Part shown: in pieces, positions 59,306 through 64,000 of the stretch
How the letters are laid out: every line of letters starts with the position of its first letter
Position numbering within the stretch: the first letter of the stretch is position 1
Assembly: GCA_918797485.1 (NCBI GenBank)
Contig: CAKKNE010000002.1
Location: 434,001-498,000 of the forward strand
Reading direction: 5' to 3'
DNA from: Pelagomonas calceolata
Lineage: Eukaryota
Length of the DNA stretch: 64,000 nucleotides
Notes under the pieces: generated by a model
The model's input: the letters and a program-made list of their open reading frames with translations, nothing else
Databases searched by the model: none
What the model was told of the DNA's origin: nothing
Position numbers and translations under genes: made by a program

Positions 59306-60790
59306 TCAACTCCCACCCTTCGCGTTATTGTGGAAGCCTCTCATGCCGGGAGCGCAAGTAGTCGCCAGCGTGAAGAGCTTCACGGGCGCCGGCGGCCGCG
59401 CGTCGCAGAAGCGCTTGCGCGCGCGCGTCGCCGCCGCGTTCACGTGCCACGTCGCGAGGCAGACGGCGGCGGCCGTCCGGTTCACGATCGACCGGCCCAG
59501 GGGCTTCCGCTGCGGCGCCTCGCGGCAGGGGTTGCCCGGCGGATGGAGCTCGTAGTCGACCTGCGTCTCAATCAAACCGGGCGCGAGCAGCGGCGGGTGC
59601 GCGCAGTCCGTGAAGAGGGCCGGCGGCACGCGGCGCTTTGCGAAGATGAAGTCGCCCACGCGGTAGTTCTGGCAGTAGTGGAGGAAGGCCGGGAGCACGA
59701 ACCTCGTCGCGTGGTCGACGACGTTGGGCGTCTTGCCGCCGCGCGCGGGGCACGCGTCGCGCAGCGCCAACGCGTCGAGGTGGCGCCAGCCCTCGTCGCC
59801 GACGTGGACGTTCGAGAGCATCCAGTGGTTGACGCGCGCGTGCGGCATGCGCAGGTGCGCCGCGGCCATGCAGTACGCGTACATTTCCGCGAGCAGGTCG
59901 GGGTACTGCGCGTAGACCCGCGGCGCGAACTCGCGCCAGACCGGCGCCAGCTTTCTGAAATCATTATGGTGCAGCACGTAGGGCGGGCCGATCGGGTAGT
60001 GCCTCTCCGCGTCGCGCCGCGACGTCTCCAGGCACGGCGACCCCGCGCCGCAGATCTTGCGCCGGTCGAAGGTGAGCCAGTGCGTGCCGAGGCCGTACTG
60101 CTGGCCCGCCGGCGTCCCCTCGGTCACAAAGGCCGGCAGCTCGTCGGCGCGCCACGGCGCGATGACGAGCGCGTCCGGCCCGGCGACGCGGTCCGAGAAG
60201 GGCCGCAGGAACGCAAAGTCCGGGTCGATCAGCGCAATAATCGGCGCGCGCTCGAAGTCGATCGACCGGTCGTTGAGGAAGTGCTCCATGCCCCGCGGCT
60301 TGTTGTAGAAGTGGTACGACTTGCCCGTCGCCGAGTCCTTGTCGAACTCCGGCGTGACGTGGAGCGAGAAGCGCGCGCGCGCGCCGTAGAGGGCCGCGTA
60401 GCGCTGCCGCAGCGCGGCCTCCTTCTCCGGCGAGCAGCCGCTCGCGATGCGCGTCACCGGGCCGCGGTGGCCGACGACGTCGGCGCTGTTGAAGACGACC
60501 TCGCTCTGCCAGTCCTGGTAGGGCGTGCAGTCCGTGCTGAAGACGACGCGCACGCGCGCCGACCGCGCCGCGTCGCCCTCGAAGTCCTCGCGCTCGTCCT
60601 CGTCCTCGTCCAGGTCCAAGGGTTCGTGCGGCGGTAACTCCTCCGGCTTCGCGACCGCTTGCGGTGCGGCTACCTTCGGCGGCGCGGCGATCTGTGCGGC
60701 TAGGTGGACGACGCCCACTGCCAAGGCTAACAGCGTGAAGACGCAGCAGCGGAGGCTCACGCGTGGTCGGCGTCGCGCTGTCCGTGGCAT
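59306..60790 (-). CDS. Peptidyl-serine galactosyltransferase / hydroxyproline arabinosyltransferase-like type II membrane glycosyltransferase
   Basis: VFSTDCTPYQDWQS, YNKP, LIDPDF, GPPY, AEMYAYCMAAAHL, LHYCQ; N-terminal TM helix. Confidence 0.8.
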   Translation of the reverse strand: MPRTARRRPRVSLRCCVFTLLALAVGVVHLAAQIAAPPKVAAPQAVAKPEELPPHEPLDLDEDEDEREDFEGDAARSARVRVVFSTDCTPYQDWQSEVVFNSADVVGHRGPVTRIASGCSPEKEAALRQRYAALYGARARFSLHVTPEFDKDSATGKSYHFYNKPRGMEHFLNDRSIDFERAPIIALIDPDFAFLRPFSDRVAGPDALVIAPWRADELPAFVTEGTPAGQQYGLGTHWLTFDRRKICGAGSPCLETSRRDAERHYPIGPPYVLHHNDFRKLAPVWREFAPRVYAQYPDLLAEMYAYCMAAAHLRMPHARVNHWMLSNVHVGDEGWRHLDALALRDACPARGGKTPNVVDHATRFVLPAFLHYCQNYRVGDFIFAKRRVPPALFTDCAHPPLLAPGLIETQVDYELHPPGNPCREAPQRKPLGRSIVNRTAAAVCLATWHVNAAATRARKRFCDARPPAPVKLFTLATTCAPGMRGFHNNAKGGS

Positions 60791-60882
60791 TGTTGCAAAA
60801 GCAGCAGCGATGCGCTTGCTGGATTGCACGGCTTCACGCTCAGTGACGCCGCTTGTCAAATTGCCCAAAAAAAATGCGTGAG

Positions 60883-60905
60883 CTAGCGGCATGTAAAGAC
60901 ACTAG
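60883..60905 (-). promoter_or_regulatory. 22-bp upstream element (23-bp variant)
   Basis: + strand ctagcggcatgtaaagacactag, between divergent genes. Confidence 0.65.
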
Positions 60906-60966
60906 CAATATAGGCGGGAAAAAGCCTACGACGCGCGCCCCTCACAAGCTCCCACGCCAAGCTAAA

Positions 60967-62094
60967 ATGATCCTCACAACATGCCCCGCCTGCGCCGCCC
61001 CACTGGCCCACACCGCGCCGCGATGCGTGCGATGCTCGACGAGATACTGTAACAAGACTTGCCAGCACGACCACTGGCGCCGCGGCCACAAGCAGATCTG
61101 CAAGAAAATACACCGCGGCGGCAACGCGGAACTCTATTATGCGAACAAAAAATACAAGGAGGCCGTCGCGGTCGCGGCCGAGGCGTGCGCGGACGACACG
61201 AAGGGCCAGACGTGCTTCATCTGCACCCAGGCCTTGCACTGGAAGACGAAGGAGGGCCTCGTGCGCGGGTGTGCGTGCCGCGGGACGGCGGGGTTCTCGC
61301 ATGTTTCTTGTCTGGCGGAACAGGCAAAGATTTTGTTCGCGGAGGCCGAGGAGAACAATTTGGGCGACAATGCGTTTGATGAGAGGTGGGACCGGTGGTT
61401 CTCGTGTAGTCTGTGTGAGCAAGAGTATCACGGCGTCACGCGATGTGCACTCGGATGGGCCTGCTGGAAAACGTACGTGGGGCGGCCTGAGGGCGACTGG
61501 GCTCGGGGAGCCGCGATGATGGCGCTTGGGAACGGTTTATACAATGCAAAACACTACGAGGACGCGTTTGCCGTGAAAGAGGCCGAATTGGCTATGCTGC
61601 GGCGACTTGGCGACTCAGAAGAAAACATTCTCATCGTGCAGGGCAATCTTGCATGTACGTATGGAGAGCTTAAACGGCTTGATGAGGCCCTGTCCCTGCG
61701 ACGAGACGTATACTCAAGACGTTTGAAATTAAATGGCGAGGAACACAGTTCAACCATCCGAGCGGCCAACAACTACGCGTCGTCCCTTCTTGGTCAAAAG
61801 CGCTTCGAAGAAGCCAAGGCACTGTTCCGCAGAACGATACCCGTGGCGCGACGCGTTCTTGGAGATCACAATGACCTCACGCTCTTGATGAGGAGACTTT
61901 ACGCTGTGGCACTCTGCAACGACCCCGGCGCCACGCTCGATGATCTCCGGGAGGCCATAGAGACGTTCGAGGAGACGGGCCGGATCGCGCGGCGCGTGCT
62001 CGGGAGCGCGCATCCGCTCACAAAAAAAATCGAGAATGCCCTACGACAGTCGCGAGCCGCGCTCCGCGCCTGCGAGACGCCGTCCGCTGGGTAA
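60967..62094 (+). CDS. MYND zinc finger + RINGv-like + TPR protein
   Basis: CPAC..CVRC..YCNKTCQ..HW..GHKQIC; CFIC..GCACRGTAGFSHVSCL..CSLC; kinesin-light-chain-like TPRs. Confidence 0.85.
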   Translation: MILTTCPACAAPLAHTAPRCVRCSTRYCNKTCQHDHWRRGHKQICKKIHRGGNAELYYANKKYKEAVAVAAEACADDTKGQTCFICTQALHWKTKEGLVRGCACRGTAGFSHVSCLAEQAKILFAEAEENNLGDNAFDERWDRWFSCSLCEQEYHGVTRCALGWACWKTYVGRPEGDWARGAAMMALGNGLYNAKHYEDAFAVKEAELAMLRRLGDSEENILIVQGNLACTYGELKRLDEALSLRRDVYSRRLKLNGEEHSSTIRAANNYASSLLGQKRFEEAKALFRRTIPVARRVLGDHNDLTLLMRRLYAVALCNDPGATLDDLREAIETFEETGRIARRVLGSAHPLTKKIENALRQSRAALRACETPSAG

Positions 62095-62164
62095 GACGCG
62101 TCCCGCAAAAGGAAGAATAAACTAAATATCTTACAAAGACCAGAGCAAAAAAATCATGGTCTCA

Positions 62165-64000
62165 TCACTCCTCGGCGAGGTACGACACGGGCAGCATCCC
62201 GCGGGCCCCGTCCGACGTGACGACGTCCGCCCAGCCGTCCTCGTGCGTCTCGAGAATGTTGACGGCGTCGCCCTCCGCGGCGGACAGCTGCCACGGCTCC
62301 GCGGCGTCGTACGGGTGCGCCACGCGCGCGGGCCGCGAGGGCGGCTCCGGGGCGCGCGGCGGCGGCGGCGGCGGTTTCGGTTTCGGTGGTGGTGGCGGCG
62401 GCTTCGGCTTCGCCGCGACGGGCGCCGGATCGGGCTGGGGTGGTGGTGACGGCGGCTTCGGCTGCGCCGGGACGGCGGGCAGCGGCACCGCCGCGGGCCG
62501 CGGCGCCGGCGCCGGCGCGGCGAGGGCCGCGGCCGCGGGCCACGGCGCCGCCTTGGGCTGCGCCGGCACCGAAGGCGGCGTCGGCAGCGGCATCGCCGCG
62601 CGCGCGGGGACCGGCGGCGCGGGCGCGGGCGGCGCCGCCCACGCCGGCTGCTGCACGGGCGCCGGAGGCGGCGCGGGCGCCGGCGCCGCGGGCAGCTCGA
62701 CGTCGGCGAACGGGTCGTGGCCGTCCCGCGACATCGACGCGAGGCTCCTCAGCTGCGGCCGCGCGGGGACGACCGGCGCCGGCGCCACTGGCGCGACCGG
62801 CGCCACCGGCGCCGGCGCGGGCCGCTCGCCGGCGCGGACGCCGGCGACGGCCTCGTCGTAGAGCGCCGCGAGGTCGACGCCCGGCAGCGCCCTCGCGACG
62901 GCCGCCTGGTTCGCAGGGGACGCGGCGTAGAGCGGCTGCGCCCGCAGCAGGTCGTCGACGACGCGGCGGTAGGCCGCGGCGGCGCCGGCGGCGTCGCCGC
63001 GGGCTGCGCAGCGCTTGCCCTCGGCCTGGTTGTCGAGCGCGGACCGGACGGCCGCGACGACGGGCGCGTCGGCCGCCGGCGGCGGCACGGCGAGCAGCGG
63101 CGCCGGCTCGGGCAGCGCCGGCGCCGGCGCCGCCGGCGCGGGCTCCAGGTCCAGGCCCAGCAGGTCGACGACGGGCCGCGCGGGCGGCGCCGGCGCCGGT
63201 GCCGCGGGCGGCGCGCCGCCCGCGCCGCTCGGCCGCCGCGGCGCGCGCGGCCGCCGGACCGTGAGCTCGAAGGGCCGCCGCGCCGTGGCCAGCAGCCGGC
63301 CCAGGCGGTCCGCGTCCAGGTACGGGATCGGCTGCCCGTCCAGCGCCGTGAGCTCGTCGCCTACCCTTAACCCGACGCGCTCCAGCGCGCCGCCTACCCT
63401 TGAGACGACGACGCGACCGTCGTCGCCGCCCGCGCGCAGGTGCCGCGACACCTCCGCCGAGTCCGCGCAGCACACGCATAGTAGGGTTGCCGCGTCCGAG
63501 TCCTCGCCCACGCGCAGCAGCATGCCCGCGCGCCCGGCTGCCGCGTAGATGGCGCGGCACCAGTCGGCCGCCGTCGCCGCGTCGTCGGCCGCGAGCATCG
63601 CGAGCGTCGTCCGCGGCGCCGCCGACGGCTGCGACGCGGCCTGGGCCGCCGTGCTATAGACGGCGAAGACGTGAGCCTTGCCCTGGTGTGCCGGCTCGCG
63701 CAGCGCGTAGCAGCCCCAGACGCTCACGCCCTTCAGGGGCGCTTGTTGTAATGCTGCGTCGTGTGGCGCCGCGTCCTCGGCGTACCCGAGCTCGCAGTTG
63801 CGCAATATGAATGAACGGCGCTGCCAGCGCGCGCCTCGTAGTGAAGATGCTCTACTAAGCTTGTATAATTTGCCGGCCTTTTTCACGCGGGCCGCAGAGT
63901 CGTACTCGCGCGCGACGGAGCGCTGTTGTGAATTTGCGCGCGGCCTTGTTGTGTTCACAGCCGTCGCGACGGGCACCGTCGCCACGACCGGCGTAGGCTG
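62165..64000 (-). CDS. PH + PDZ-like + proline-rich + SH3 adaptor protein; 5' end is outside the window
   Basis: KAGKLYKLS..WQRRSFIL..WCRAI (PH); GLRVGDELTALDG (PDZ); YDAAEPWQLSAAEGD..DGWA..GMLPVSYL (SH3). The frame is open to the window end. Confidence 0.8.
   Translation of the reverse strand, partial: QPTPVVATVPVATAVNTTRPRANSQQRSVAREYDSAARVKKAGKLYKLSRASSLRGARWQRRSFILRNCELGYAEDAAPHDAALQQAPLKGVSVWGCYALREPAHQGKAHVFAVYSTAAQAASQPSAAPRTTLAMLAADDAATAADWCRAIYAAAGRAGMLLRVGEDSDAATLLCVCCADSAEVSRHLRAGGDDGRVVVSRVGGALERVGLRVGDELTALDGQPIPYLDADRLGRLLATARRPFELTVRRPRAPRRPSGAGGAPPAAPAPAPPARPVVDLLGLDLEPAPAAPAPALPEPAPLLAVPPPAADAPVVAAVRSALDNQAEGKRCAARGDAAGAAAAYRRVVDDLLRAQPLYAASPANQAAVARALPGVDLAALYDEAVAGVRAGERPAPAPVAPVAPVAPAPVVPARPQLRSLASMSRDGHDPFADVELPAAPAPAPPPAPVQQPAWAAPPAPAPPVPARAAMPLPTPPSVPAQPKAAPWPAAAALAAPAPAPRPAAVPLPAVPAQPKPPSPPPQPDPAPVAAKPKPPPPPPKPKPPPPPPRAPEPPSRPARVAHPYDAAEPWQLSAAEGDAVNILETHEDGWADVVTSDGARGMLPVSYLAEE

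Noticed and set aside
3672..63560. Many long Arg/Ala/Gly-rich ORFs overlapping real genes (e.g. 3672..5132, 7229..8377, 56396..58225, 62154..63560)
   Set aside because: These are shadow ORFs expected from very high GC3, which leaves few stops in alternative frames; they contain no domain motifs.
1..64000. Autonomous transposase, tRNA or rRNA genes
   Set aside because: No DDE/hAT or reverse-transcriptase motifs appear in any ORF, and no recognisable structural RNA was found by eye.

Overview
Gene-dense, very GC-rich eukaryotic DNA with about 37 protein-coding genes and almost no conventional introns. The gene content and intron type point to a pelagophyte alga such as Pelagomonas or Aureococcus; this is an inference. 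Recognisable genes include TRM1, an M1 aminopeptidase, an arylsulfatase, VPS52, prephenate dehydratase, TatD, PanC, UBC12, a PX-BAR sorting nexin, a TOM1-like protein, an ELP3-like protein, NVL/Rix7, a DHHC enzyme, a ClpX-like ATPase, a fibrocystin-like protein, a TBC GAP, a CDPK-like kinase and an HMG-box protein. Two non-coding systems stand out. (1) Five introner-type DNA-transposon introns, with TIRs CTGTGTGGAAATCAA...TTGATTTCCACACAG and 8-bp GY-N4-RC target-site duplications, interrupt three genes and splice out in frame in either orientation. (2) A directional ~22-bp element, CTAGTGTCTTACNNGCCGCTAG, occurs 10-11 times, always upstream of a start codon and never at a convergent junction. 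Also noted: diverged copies of gene 3' tails at three convergent junctions, a cytochrome b5/F-box/HMG/SPRY protein, a tail-anchored ELP3, and a frameshift in the fibrocystin-like gene. All calls come from reading the sequence; no database searches were run.
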